Assembly (NCBI GenBank): GCA_964291315.2 | Contig: OZ219753.1 | Coordinates: 1,184,001-1,248,000 of the forward strand | DNA length: 64,000 nucleotides | Direction: 5' to 3' | Origin: Candidatus Poribacteria bacterium | GTDB lineage: Bacteria; Poribacteria; WGA-4E; WGA-3G | Part shown: one piece after another, positions 19,242-29,443 of the stretch | Numbering within the stretch: the first letter of the stretch is position 1 | Layout: the number at the start of each line of letters is the position of its first letter | Made by a program: the position numbers and the translations under genes | Notes under the pieces: generated by a model | Database searches by the model: none | What the model saw: the letters and a program-made list of their open reading frames with translations, nothing else | What the model was told of the DNA's origin: nothing

Positions 19242-22127
19242 ATGAGACTAATGTCAATGTTATGGAATAAAATGAGACTATTTGTGGTGTTGGGCCTGGT
19301 GTGTTTCTTCTCAACATCCCAGGCTTCCGCTCTTCAGCAGGATAACGCATGGCAATCGAAGAAAGGTAGCTTTTATGTTTTCACAGCCGGAGCATTGAGC
19401 CCTGCGAGCGAAACACCCACACTCGCTGACAACGGCATCGTGGACACGGTAAAAGGGAGCCCGAAGGAAATTGTTTCTGAGACTTATTTTCCGGTGGAGT
19501 GGCAGGAAATGCAGGAGATATTCCGCGGAGGCGGCGGGTTTGCCGTTGCAGCGGCGATTCCGTCTCCAGGCGACACGGGCCAGTTCACGTTTGCTAAGCA
19601 TAAAAGTTGGGCTGCTACAAAGGCGGGTGCGGACGCGTTAGAGCCTACCGAAGAGGCAAAAGCCTTGGCGCAGACGCTCAAGCAGGCAATTGTTTTCAGC
19701 GAGGTCATGTGGGGTCGGGATTTCGCTGCGAGAACTGATGGTCCCGGCGAGTTTGGGGCCCAATGGGTTGAATTTTACGTCAATAAACCTTTGAAAAGCA
19801 ACGATGTGGTGGTATTCAGATCATATAGTAATGCGACCGAGATGCCTGCTCCGGGTGATATAGTATCAGTAACTCAGGGCGGTGGTTCTAATTTTTATCG
19901 CCATCATTATGTCTTTTTGGATCGTATATCAACGATCGATCGTTGGGGTAGGAATTGGTTCCCGGATGCGCCGGGTAAAGACGGTGATACCGATGGCAAC
20001 ACAAATGCCGGCCTGCCTCCGACGCCTGTGGTCTCTATGTATCGGGATATCAAACTTGATAGCACAGGGAAGGCGTATGCGGTCAAAGATGGTAACCTGG
20101 ATGGACTCGGTGATGGCAGCGAACCCAGCTCCTGGAAGGAGTCCGTCGGCCGCGTGAACATGGCGGGGCATTTCATCGGTTCCCCGGGCAGCGTTCACGT
20201 GCTTCATCCTGGCGGTCCCCATGTAACAAGGTTTGATAAGGCGCCTAAGGATGAAGATATCACGGCTACCGGCATCATCATCAATGAGGTGTACAACGAC
20301 CCGTCAAGTGCGAACTTGGATTGGGTAGAGTTGTTCTATAATACCGATGATGCGGCAGCTGCATCTATAAGCATAGAGAACTATAAGTTGAGCTTGGTGA
20401 TGGGGAAGATGAAGACTGATGGCAGCGGCTACCACGAGTCTGGGGATGCCAACTTCACGGAGACGAGCCTTGCGGTGCTGCCGAAATACAAGATGCGGCC
20501 GGGGGAGTATCTGGTGGTCTATAATCGGGAGCCTGGGAAGAGCGTTAAGCTCGCTGGGGGTGTGAACGTTAGCAACCTGTTGGACAGAACGGACATCAAT
20601 ATGGGTGCGACGCACAAGTATGCGGTTGCGAAGGATCTGAGTCTGCCTGCTACGGGCAAGTTCTTGATCCTGTTGCGCACGCGGAATAGTGCGGATGACG
20701 TTGGCAAGCCGACGAACATCAAAGACTACGCTGGCAACGGGTTCTTCAAGCGCATGGAAGATGGAAAGTTCAACACGTACCTCTGGCCGTTCGTGGGCTG
20801 GTCGAAGCCGGGAGATGTGGATGAGAGCGACTTCGGTGGTATGAACAGCTTCTCTTCTCGGAGCATGTCGTTCGGTCGGGGTGTGCACTTAAACGCGAAG
20901 GGGATGTATTGGGCGAAGTCTCGTGCGAATCGTGTCCACAAAGACGACTGGCAGTCGTTTGGTTTCATGGGTGCTGGCTACGATCGCGGCAAAGATAAAA
21001 CGATTGACAAGGCGAGTTCCCCTGGCACGCCGGGGTATCCGAACATGGTAGTGGGCGTGATCGCTGATGACAAAGACACCGCATCGACTGAAGACGACTA
21101 TGCGTTTGATGGAACAGTGACGATCAGCGAGATTATGTATGATGCGGGACCGCGCTGGGACTTGGTGCAGTGGATAGAGCTCTACAATAGTTCTATGACG
21201 GAGACGCTAAACCTTGAAGGGTGGGAGTTTGAGATCCGCAACGCCGACACAAACGTAGATGCGTATGTGGATGCGTCTTTCACGTTTGCTGCGGGGACGT
21301 ATCTGCCGCCGAATCAGACGTTGCTGCTGGTGTCGAAGAACGGTGTGAACGATGTGCCGGAGAACTACGTATACAATCTGCAACAGAAGCATCGTAGCGA
21401 TTTAGGGTTGGCGGCGAACGGTCGCCGGTTGCTGAGTGCGGAGGGTTTCCGTCTGGAGCTGCGTGCAAAGGTCAACATAGGTGGTCAGTCCCGGTTGCGG
21501 GTGATGGACACGGCTGGCAACGTTGAGATAGTGGAGGGTCTGCGCAAGCGTGCGTGGGAGCTGCCGAAGCGTGGGGATGTGCGGATGTCTATTGTGCGCA
21601 AGTCTGGAGGCATCTTCAATAACATGACAGAGGGTTCTGGTCCGCATGCTGCGGATGACGGTCTGATGAAAACCTCTTGGCGGAAGGGTTCCTCGCTGAC
21701 GTACTACGGACATCGTGACGATATCGGCACGCCGGGTCATCGTGCTGGGGGACCGCTGCCCGTGTCGCTCTCGAGTTTCCGTCCTGTGCGCGATGTCTCG
21801 ACGGGCCACGTTGAGATTACGTGGGTAACGCAGTCGGAGCTGAACAATGCGGGGTTCAATATCCTACGCAGTGAGAGCAAGACCGGTGAGTTTGCGGTTA
21901 TCAACGCCGAGGGTCTGATTGCTGGCCACGGCACGACGTCTGAGAGGCATGTGTATCGCTACACAGATACGACTGCGAAGCCGAGTGTGGTGTATTATTA
22001 CCAGATAGAAGATGTTTCTATGGATGGGGTGCGCACGACGTTACGGACGACGCATCTGCGTGGGGATGTCTCTGCGAATGGTAAACTCACAACGCGTTGG
22101 GGAGAGCTGAAATCGTCTGATAAATAA
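19242..22127 (+). CDS. Large secreted lamin-tail-domain (LTD) repeat protein with C-terminal LPVSLSSF Ig-like domain and KLTTRWGELK tail
   Basis: Signal peptide; three LTD-like units (IVFSEVMW..QWVEFY, IIINEVYN..DWVELF, VTISEIMY..QWIELYN), each ending GSPG/GTPG; LPVSLSSF..W.TQSELNNAGFNILRS..YYYQIEDV. Confidence 0.8.
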   Translation: MRLMSMLWNKMRLFVVLGLVCFFSTSQASALQQDNAWQSKKGSFYVFTAGALSPASETPTLADNGIVDTVKGSPKEIVSETYFPVEWQEMQEIFRGGGGFAVAAAIPSPGDTGQFTFAKHKSWAATKAGADALEPTEEAKALAQTLKQAIVFSEVMWGRDFAARTDGPGEFGAQWVEFYVNKPLKSNDVVVFRSYSNATEMPAPGDIVSVTQGGGSNFYRHHYVFLDRISTIDRWGRNWFPDAPGKDGDTDGNTNAGLPPTPVVSMYRDIKLDSTGKAYAVKDGNLDGLGDGSEPSSWKESVGRVNMAGHFIGSPGSVHVLHPGGPHVTRFDKAPKDEDITATGIIINEVYNDPSSANLDWVELFYNTDDAAAASISIENYKLSLVMGKMKTDGSGYHESGDANFTETSLAVLPKYKMRPGEYLVVYNREPGKSVKLAGGVNVSNLLDRTDINMGATHKYAVAKDLSLPATGKFLILLRTRNSADDVGKPTNIKDYAGNGFFKRMEDGKFNTYLWPFVGWSKPGDVDESDFGGMNSFSSRSMSFGRGVHLNAKGMYWAKSRANRVHKDDWQSFGFMGAGYDRGKDKTIDKASSPGTPGYPNMVVGVIADDKDTASTEDDYAFDGTVTISEIMYDAGPRWDLVQWIELYNSSMTETLNLEGWEFEIRNADTNVDAYVDASFTFAAGTYLPPNQTLLLVSKNGVNDVPENYVYNLQQKHRSDLGLAANGRRLLSAEGFRLELRAKVNIGGQSRLRVMDTAGNVEIVEGLRKRAWELPKRGDVRMSIVRKSGGIFNNMTEGSGPHAADDGLMKTSWRKGSSLTYYGHRDDIGTPGHRAGGPLPVSLSSFRPVRDVSTGHVEITWVTQSELNNAGFNILRSESKTGEFAVINAEGLIAGHGTTSERHVYRYTDTTAKPSVVYYYQIEDVSMDGVRTTLRTTHLRGDVSANGKLTTRWGELKSSDK

Positions 22128-22178
22128 CAGACAAGAAGGTTAGACAGAGATAGACAACTCTGAATCCGACTAACCAAA

Positions 22179-22210
22179 GTTGGGGGTGGAATGCCTGTTT
22201 CACCCCCAAC
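22179..22210 (+). terminator. Hairpin, likely intrinsic terminator
   Basis: GTTGGGGGTG-12 nt-CACCCCCAAC perfect 10-bp stem after the LTD gene. Confidence 0.6.
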
Positions 22211-22403
22211 GTTCTTAACCGCATTCTCTTCCTGGTCTCTTTTCCCCTCCGTAAGCACAGAATACCGCACCTCCTGTCTGATTCTGCCGACACTTGATCG
22301 CTGCCGCCTCAAAACGAAGTGCCCCGGAATCCGTCCTTGCCCACTTCGTCTTTCTAATCAAAGAGAAGTTAACTATAAAGCTCGGATTAGAGAAAAAAAT
22401 AGG

Positions 22404-22432
22404 TTGACATTTCATGGCGATCAGGTTAAAAT
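22404..22432 (+). promoter_or_regulatory. Putative sigma70 promoter
   Basis: TTGACA-17 nt-TAAAAT. Confidence 0.55.
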
Positions 22433-22891
22433 AAATGACACTATTCACTTAAATCGTTTGGTTGATACGGAGCGACCGACATTCCCTTTTTATATTAACC
22501 TCCTTTTGACTTTATTTGTTAAGGGAAATTACAGGGTCCGCTTAGGCACAATATCCGCAAGTGTTATGTATATGCTTTAGTCCTCTTTTCGGATAAAACT
22601 GTCGATCGCCCCTGCAAAGTTTTTGAGAATATAGGAAAAGAATTGACCTTTACGCGCGAAATGTGATATATTACTTTAAACTTGAACAGCTAGGGTCTGG
22701 TGTGCTGTTTGATATTATTTTCAGTGGTGGTCATTCCACCTATCAACCGATGTTCACTGACAAACTCCGCCACCACCGGTTTGCGGGATCAACCGGTGGC
22801 CTCGGTACATCTTCCGAGACGTGCCTCGCTTATGAGACAGTATCAGCACAAGCGACATTAGAGTGGGGAAGTGTTGCTGTCAAAGGAACAC

Positions 22892-23800
22892 ATGCAAACG
22901 CCAACAGAGCAGCGAAACCTGAATGCTACCGAGATTGACCTAAAACCGATCTCAGAAATCGTCCGGGTTTTTCACGAAGAAGACCGAAAAGCTGTTGCAG
23001 CAGTAGAGGCAGAATCTGATGCAATTGTACACGCCATTGAATTATGTGTTGCAGCGTTTCGTAATGGAGGTCGTCTCTTTTATGTTGGTGCGGGTACGAG
23101 TGGTAGACTTGGCGTGTTAGATGCCTCCGAATGTCCGCCAACCTTTAGTACACCTCCTGAAATGGTGCAAGGAATTATCGCAGGTGGTGATGTGGCTTTG
23201 CGCCGCTCTGTGGAAGGCGAAGAGGACAAACCGCAACGAGGTGCAGAAGCTGTCCGAAAACGTGAACTCGCGCCACAAGATGTCCTCCTCGGAATTGCGA
23301 GTAGTGGGCGAACGCCTTACGTCATCGGGGCTTTGAAGGAAGCACACTGCATTGGGGCAACAACAATTTTTCTCTGTTGTGCACAACCACCTAACCGACT
23401 TAAGGAGTGGGTCACCCATTTTATCGTTCCAATTGTCGGTCCAGAGATCATCACGGGCTCGACCCGATTAAAGGCAGGTACAGCAACCAAACTCGTCTTG
23501 AACATGCTAACCACAGTTTCTATGATAAAGTTAGGAAAAGTCTACGACAATCTGATGGTGGATGTTCGAGTTTCTAACGCGAAGTTGACTGCGCGGAGCA
23601 TCCACATCATTCAAGCTGTTACCGGTGTTGAGGCTGCTGTTGCCGAAGCCGCATTGGCACAAGCGAATGGTCGCACGAAGCTGGCCATTGTAATGCTTGC
23701 AAATGGATTGAACCCCACAGACGCAGAAGCTTTATTGGAAAGACACGCTGGGTTTCTAAGAAAAATTCTTGATACAGAACACGAAGATTTTCCTAGCTGA
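22892..23800 (+). CDS. murQ: N-acetylmuramic acid 6-phosphate etherase
   Basis: TEQRN, GAGTSGRLGVLDASECPPTF, GPEIITGSTRLKAGTATKLVLNML, NLMVDV. Confidence 0.95.
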   Translation: MQTPTEQRNLNATEIDLKPISEIVRVFHEEDRKAVAAVEAESDAIVHAIELCVAAFRNGGRLFYVGAGTSGRLGVLDASECPPTFSTPPEMVQGIIAGGDVALRRSVEGEEDKPQRGAEAVRKRELAPQDVLLGIASSGRTPYVIGALKEAHCIGATTIFLCCAQPPNRLKEWVTHFIVPIVGPEIITGSTRLKAGTATKLVLNMLTTVSMIKLGKVYDNLMVDVRVSNAKLTARSIHIIQAVTGVEAAVAEAALAQANGRTKLAIVMLANGLNPTDAEALLERHAGFLRKILDTEHEDFPS

Positions 23801-23840
23801 CGCGTTTTCAGGCGCAGAATATATTATAAGGAGGAATTCT

Positions 23841-24791
23841 ATGGGTACGAAAGTGGGACTTGCAAAAACCGGGAGGCGACGATCGAATGTTTTTGAGGCA
23901 CTTAACAGTATACGCGCGGAACTTATACCAAAGGTCAGTGAACGGGTATTGTTGAAACCGAATTTTCTCTCCAGCACGAATCAGCTCGCTTCATCGCATC
24001 CGGATGCGATACGCGGTGCCCTTGATTTCCTGATCAGTACGCCGCAGCCTCCTAAAGAGGTAATTATCGCGGAAGGTGCGAACGAGAAATTTTCCGGTGA
24101 GGCGTTCCAAATCTTCGGATATGAAGCACTCCAAGCTGAATACGACCTCCCTATCCGACTCGTGGATTTACATCAAGAAACCGAGTGGCTAAAAGCTAAG
24201 GTTTTTCTTGCTGAACGCAAGGAGGATACCGTGCGAATGCCGAAAATAGTACTGGATTGTCCGTGCACGATCTCCGTTGCTATTGCTAAAACCCATGATG
24301 TTGGGGTCGTGACCCTTGCTATGAAGAATCTGATTATGGGCACCTTGCACAAAGCAGATCGGATTAAAATTCACGGCTACCACAGTCACGCCGACCGTGT
24401 GCTGCCGCGCGAGGCACAGACGCTCAATATTAACCTACTTCGCCTCTCACGCCACCTTAAACCTGATATTGCCATCGTTGATGGCACTGTCGGTTTGCAG
24501 GGCAACGGCCCCGGCGGGACTGACTCTGTACCGCTCGGTATCGCTGTTGCCAGTGATGATGTCTTCGCAGCGGACGCTGCTGCAGCGAAGACAATGGGAT
24601 TTGAACCGTTAGAGATTGGACTTTTTCATTACGCAAACGAAATGGGCTACGGTGTCGCGGACCTGAGCAAAATTGATATCCTTGGCCCCGCCTTGGAAAC
24701 AGTAGCGATGTCCTTTAAACCGCATGAAATGGCCGAACTTCAGTTCCAATGGCAGGAATCGAACGCTACAGAATATCTGGCAGCTGACTAA
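23841..24791 (+). CDS. DUF362 domain protein
   Basis: AGGAGG RBS; VLLKPN, HPD, IIAEG, KTH...TLAMKN, PDIAIVDG, QGNGP. Confidence 0.85.
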   Translation: MGTKVGLAKTGRRRSNVFEALNSIRAELIPKVSERVLLKPNFLSSTNQLASSHPDAIRGALDFLISTPQPPKEVIIAEGANEKFSGEAFQIFGYEALQAEYDLPIRLVDLHQETEWLKAKVFLAERKEDTVRMPKIVLDCPCTISVAIAKTHDVGVVTLAMKNLIMGTLHKADRIKIHGYHSHADRVLPREAQTLNINLLRLSRHLKPDIAIVDGTVGLQGNGPGGTDSVPLGIAVASDDVFAADAAAAKTMGFEPLEIGLFHYANEMGYGVADLSKIDILGPALETVAMSFKPHEMAELQFQWQESNATEYLAAD

Positions 24792-24804
24792 CGAAGGGAG
24801 AAAT

Positions 24805-25689
24805 ATGAAACGCTTTTATTATAAAATCCTGATTCTGTTTTCTATACTCTACACTGCCCCTGTATGGGCGTGGTGGGGCGGCGGACATGATATCCTCACG
24901 CGCGGAGCCGTTAAGGCGCTTCCCGAAGAGATGCCTGATTTTTTTCAGGCCGCCGAGAAAATGGTGGCGCACTGTGCCTACGACCCGGATATATCAAAAG
25001 GACCGGAAACACCACATGCACGACAGGCAGAATACGGAGAACATTATATCGATGTAGAACTGCTAAAAGAACACCCCATTCCAGAGGGACGCGAGGCACA
25101 TATTGAGCTTTGTGCTGATTTAGGACTCACCCCGCGGAAGGTTGGGACGCTCCCGTACGCACTTGCAGAATGGACAGAGCGACTTGCGGTCGCTTTCTCA
25201 GAATATCGCAAGTGGCCCGATAATCCTATGATTCAACATAAGTGTTTTCTCTACGCAGGATTTCTAGCACACTACGCACAAGATATGTGCCAACCGTTGC
25301 ATCTGACAATTCATTTTAACGGTATTGTTCAAGAAGACGGGACACGCCTGCATGACGGGATCCATGAGAAGGTGGATTCGGCAGTTGAAATTTTGAAGCT
25401 TAATCCAGCGAAACTCGCCGAAGCACAAGACATTAAAGCGGTCGACAGGCTCATGCCGGCAATAATAGAGCAGATTAAGGCAGGACACGGATTGGTAGAT
25501 AGTGTTTATGCACTTGCAGAAGACTTTCAGAATCTCGACGATCCGACACCGGCATTGCTCAATTTCACAAACGACCGAGCACGCGAAGCTGTCCGTTGGA
25601 CGGCTTCACTTTATTTAACTGCATGGAGACTTTCTGAGAACATTAAACTACCCGGTTGGCTTGACCGCACACAAAACGATAAAAGATAG
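24805..25689 (+). CDS. Secreted zinc-dependent S1/P1 nuclease or phospholipase C-like protein
   Basis: Signal peptide followed by WWGGGH; PD, HYID, HYAQDMCQPLH and HEKVD zinc-ligand pattern. Confidence 0.75.
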   Translation: MKRFYYKILILFSILYTAPVWAWWGGGHDILTRGAVKALPEEMPDFFQAAEKMVAHCAYDPDISKGPETPHARQAEYGEHYIDVELLKEHPIPEGREAHIELCADLGLTPRKVGTLPYALAEWTERLAVAFSEYRKWPDNPMIQHKCFLYAGFLAHYAQDMCQPLHLTIHFNGIVQEDGTRLHDGIHEKVDSAVEILKLNPAKLAEAQDIKAVDRLMPAIIEQIKAGHGLVDSVYALAEDFQNLDDPTPALLNFTNDRAREAVRWTASLYLTAWRLSENIKLPGWLDRTQNDKR

Positions 25690-25847
25690 CGGTCAGTGGT
25701 TAAGTGTCAACTGTCTACTCAGAATAATAACCTCTGTTTTTAATCTATCCAAACCCCGAGGATCCCGGAGTGGAATGATGTGTTAGAGGGGCCCTCTTTA
25801 TCCGACAACTGATAACCGAAGATAATTATTAATAAGGAGAAATAACT

Positions 25848-27236
25848 TTGTTACAACAGTGGAAACCTGATCCGACTTTTTATCCATCGCCGAAGATGGC
25901 GATCGGAGCCCCTATTGAAGAGCTCGCTTACGTTGCCGCTCCTCGCGATGACGGCAAACCGGATGCTATGTGTGTTGTTGACCTCAATGAAACATCTGAT
26001 ACCTATGGGCAAATTGTCAATAGATTGGAGCTCGGCGTTCGCGACGAGATCCACCACTTTGGGTGGAATGCTTGTAGTGCTGCGCTCTGTCCTTATGCAC
26101 CGCACCCTTACGTAGAACGCCGCTATCTCGTTGTACCAGCGCTACGGGGGTCTCATATTTACATTCTTGATGTGAAACCCGACCCGAAGGCACCACAACT
26201 TGTTAAGACTTTGACAGCTGATGAAGTTGAAGATCGATCCGGGTATACGCGTCCACATACGGTACATTGTGGGCCCGAGGGTATCTACGTCAGTGCACTC
26301 GCCTCAGCTGGTTCTGAAGAGGGACCTGGTGGTATATTCCTCATGGACCACTACAACTTCAATATCCTCGGGCAGTGGGAAGTTGAGCGTGGTTCTCAAT
26401 CCCTCTCTTACGATTTCTGGTGGCACTTGGGCTACGACATCGCCGTTACCAGTGAATGGGGATATCCTGCAATGATTGAAAATGGGGTCAGCCTTGAAGA
26501 TCTAGGGGCGCGCAAATTTGGACATAAAATTCACATCTGGGACATCCGACACCGTAAAAACATCCAAACCTTAGATTTGGGGGACGACTACCAGATGATC
26601 TTAGAACTGCGTCCCGCGCACGACCCAACCAAAGCTTATGGTTTTGTCAATGCCGTGCTGAATATGAACGACCTCTCTAGTTCTATTTGGACATGGTACA
26701 AAGATGGCGACAATTGGGGCATTCAAAAGATTATTGATATTCCCGCACGAGCCCCTGAAAATCCGGAGGATTTACCGCCTGCCTTGAAGGATATTGGTAT
26801 GATACCGCCCCTGGTTACCGACCATATCCTCTCTTTGGACGACCGATTCCTTTATGTCTCCTGTTGGGGAACCGGTGAACTGTTACAATACGACGTATCT
26901 GATCCTTTCAATCCCAAGCATACCGGTACGCTCAAAATAGGCGGTATTACAACATCCTATCCACATCCGGCAGCTGGTCCCGTCAGCGGGGGCCCGCAGA
27001 TGGTTGAACTGAGCAGAGATGGAAAACGTCTCTATTTCACGAATTCGCTCTACGTCGCCTGGGATAACCAATTCTACCCCGATGGCGCGAACGGATGGAT
27101 GGTAAAAGCGGATATACATCCGGACGGCGGGCTCGAATTGGACCCCAACTTTTTCGTCGGTTTTGGAGACGGGCGTGCCCATCAGATTCGCTTACAAGGT
27201 GGCGATAGCTCATCGGACACTTTCTGTTATTCGTAA
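25848..27236 (+). CDS. SBP56/SELENBP1 family protein (methanethiol oxidase-like)
   Basis: PDPTFYPSP, DEIHHFGWNACS, PHTVHC, YDFWW, GGPQMVELSRDGKRLY, WDNQFYP, GGDSSSD. Confidence 0.92.
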   Translation: MLQQWKPDPTFYPSPKMAIGAPIEELAYVAAPRDDGKPDAMCVVDLNETSDTYGQIVNRLELGVRDEIHHFGWNACSAALCPYAPHPYVERRYLVVPALRGSHIYILDVKPDPKAPQLVKTLTADEVEDRSGYTRPHTVHCGPEGIYVSALASAGSEEGPGGIFLMDHYNFNILGQWEVERGSQSLSYDFWWHLGYDIAVTSEWGYPAMIENGVSLEDLGARKFGHKIHIWDIRHRKNIQTLDLGDDYQMILELRPAHDPTKAYGFVNAVLNMNDLSSSIWTWYKDGDNWGIQKIIDIPARAPENPEDLPPALKDIGMIPPLVTDHILSLDDRFLYVSCWGTGELLQYDVSDPFNPKHTGTLKIGGITTSYPHPAAGPVSGGPQMVELSRDGKRLYFTNSLYVAWDNQFYPDGANGWMVKADIHPDGGLELDPNFFVGFGDGRAHQIRLQGGDSSSDTFCYS

Positions 27237-27387
27237 GAATTAATAACAGCTTAATAGACTAGGCATACAGCCGGGGTGTTTTTAACCTCGTGCTCTAAAG
27301 GGTGTTTGCCCTTACAATACCTGTTTGAAAAGAGGGTGCGCGAATTCTCTTGCCGCACCCTCATATTATAGATGGAAATATATTTTT

Positions 27388-28029
27388 ATGGATACTGTCT
27401 CATGGTTAAGCTACACACTTCTTGGCGTATTTCACGGCATTAACCCGGGTATGGGATGGCTTTTCGCGGTGGCCCTAGGCATGCAAGAAAAACGGAGAAC
27501 TGCGGTTATCGCTGCTCTGTTTCCAATGGCACTCGGACATGCGATCTCCATCGGAGTCGTCGTTCTACTGATAGCATTAGCACAACAGCAGATCCCGGAG
27601 GCTGTACTTCGCATCGCTTGCGCAGTTGTCCTGTTCGGCTTTGGCGTATACAAATTATTTCGAGCACGGCATCCGAAATGGGTGGGAATGCGTGTTAACT
27701 TCAAGGACTTAACCATCTGGTCTTTCCTAATGGCTTCCGCCCATGGTGCAGGTTTGATGCTTGCCCCACTTTTGTTACGGATGCCTACAGCGGGACATTC
27801 TGGACACATGCACCATGGACCATCGAGTATGACAGATAGTGCTGCGATGTTGTTGTCCGCCGTTGGCGTACATACACTCAGTTTTTTCTTGGTCACCGGG
27901 ATTGTCGCAATCGTTGTTTACGAGGTTGTAGGACTTGCCTTACTTCGCAAGGCGTGGTTTAATTTAGACATGTTGTGGTCCATTGCTTTGATGATTGCCG
28001 GTATTGTCACCCTCTTCTGGAGCCATTAG
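27388..28029 (+). CDS. Multi-pass membrane protein with His motifs (possible metal transporter), downstream of SBP56
   Basis: GVFHGINPGMGWLFAVA, GHAISI, MASAHGAGLM, His-rich loop; about six TM helices. Confidence 0.75.
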   Translation: MDTVSWLSYTLLGVFHGINPGMGWLFAVALGMQEKRRTAVIAALFPMALGHAISIGVVVLLIALAQQQIPEAVLRIACAVVLFGFGVYKLFRARHPKWVGMRVNFKDLTIWSFLMASAHGAGLMLAPLLLRMPTAGHSGHMHHGPSSMTDSAAMLLSAVGVHTLSFFLVTGIVAIVVYEVVGLALLRKAWFNLDMLWSIALMIAGIVTLFWSH

Positions 28030-28292
28030 GAAAGATTCGGTCTCCTTTTGAAATTTTGAGCGCTGTAGTTGCTTGTAGGAGGAATTTCCAACCCCCCCTC
28101 TCTTCTTGTAGGTTTGTTTCCATCTTTGTGCCTCTACTGCGAAAAACTTGCCTTTTTTTCTCGCTTATGCTATAATTATTTTCCAGCAATACGAAAAATC
28201 TCAATCTGCCTTCGTACTCTCGACTTACACTTACAAAGAAACGTCCTTAAATTTGAAATGCTCAAGCCGCACCCAAAAAAGGAGAACCTAGC

Positions 28293-29381
28293 TTGATAAA
28301 TCTATATGGTGCAACGTATGATAGAACACAGCTGCTTCGCCATGTCGGAGATGTGTCACAAATTGCCCACGCCAAGATGTATCAATTGACAGATGGCAAT
28401 GAAAAGGGCGTCGATGCAATTGATTTCCGAACCGGCAGCGGTCTCAACTTCACTGTACTACCGAGCCGAGGGTTAGACATATCTTACGCCGAATATCAAG
28501 GGGTACCACTCTGTTGGCGCTCTAGCACCGGCGATGTCAATCCCGCACATTACGAACCGATGGAACTCGGTTGGCTGCGGAATTTTTATGGCGGTTTACT
28601 GACAACCTGCGGAATGCAGCAAGTCGGTGTACCTTGTAAAGATGACGGTGAAGCGTTAGGACTTCACGGTAGAGTTTCCAATATTCCAGCGAAAAACGTC
28701 TGGGTCGACAGCCGTTGGGAAGGGCACCGTTATATGTTGTGGGCGCAAGGCAAGGTTAAAGAGACCACAGCTTTAGGCGAACACCTCGCTCGCACTCGCA
28801 GAATTTGGACGGAGCTAGGATCTCGTACATTACATATCGAAGATATTGTTGAAAACCTCGGATACCAAGATTCACCCCACATGTACCTCTTCCATATTAA
28901 CGTTGGATTTCCGATCCTCACCGAGCACAGCGAGCTACTCGCCCCCTCTTCACAGATCACACCTCGAGATGAAACCGCTGCCGCTGACTTGAATAACTAC
29001 ACCCTCTGCCAACCGCCGACCATTGATTTCCAAGAACAAGCATTCTATCACGAAATGGAACCTGATGTTGATAACCACATTCGTGTTGCTCTCGTGAATC
29101 GCAATTTTAACAACGGTCAAGGCATCGGTATATCTGTCCGCTACCATAAAACACAGTTCCCTAACTTCGTTCAATGGAAGATGTGTGGCGAAGGCACCTA
29201 TGTTGTCGGCCTAGAACCATCCAACTGTGGCGTGGAAGGCAGGGCAAAAGAACGTCAACGCGGTACCCTACAGCATATTGAACCTGGCGGCAGACGGCAC
29301 TATGAGGTCGAAATCGGGGTCTTAACCTCCAATGAAGAAATTGATGAGCTCCAAGAAAGAATCACAAAAACCCAAAATTAA
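28293..29381 (+). CDS. Aldose 1-epimerase-like protein (DUF4432)
   Basis: RGLDI, GGLLTTCG, LHGRVSNIP, HINVGFP, YVVGLEP. Confidence 0.85.
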   Translation: MINLYGATYDRTQLLRHVGDVSQIAHAKMYQLTDGNEKGVDAIDFRTGSGLNFTVLPSRGLDISYAEYQGVPLCWRSSTGDVNPAHYEPMELGWLRNFYGGLLTTCGMQQVGVPCKDDGEALGLHGRVSNIPAKNVWVDSRWEGHRYMLWAQGKVKETTALGEHLARTRRIWTELGSRTLHIEDIVENLGYQDSPHMYLFHINVGFPILTEHSELLAPSSQITPRDETAAADLNNYTLCQPPTIDFQEQAFYHEMEPDVDNHIRVALVNRNFNNGQGIGISVRYHKTQFPNFVQWKMCGEGTYVVGLEPSNCGVEGRAKERQRGTLQHIEPGGRRHYEVEIGVLTSNEEIDELQERITKTQN

Positions 29382-29443
29382 CGCTACACATTTCAATGGA
29401 CCCGCAATTAACGCAATTTAAATTAATTAAAAGGGAGCAACCC

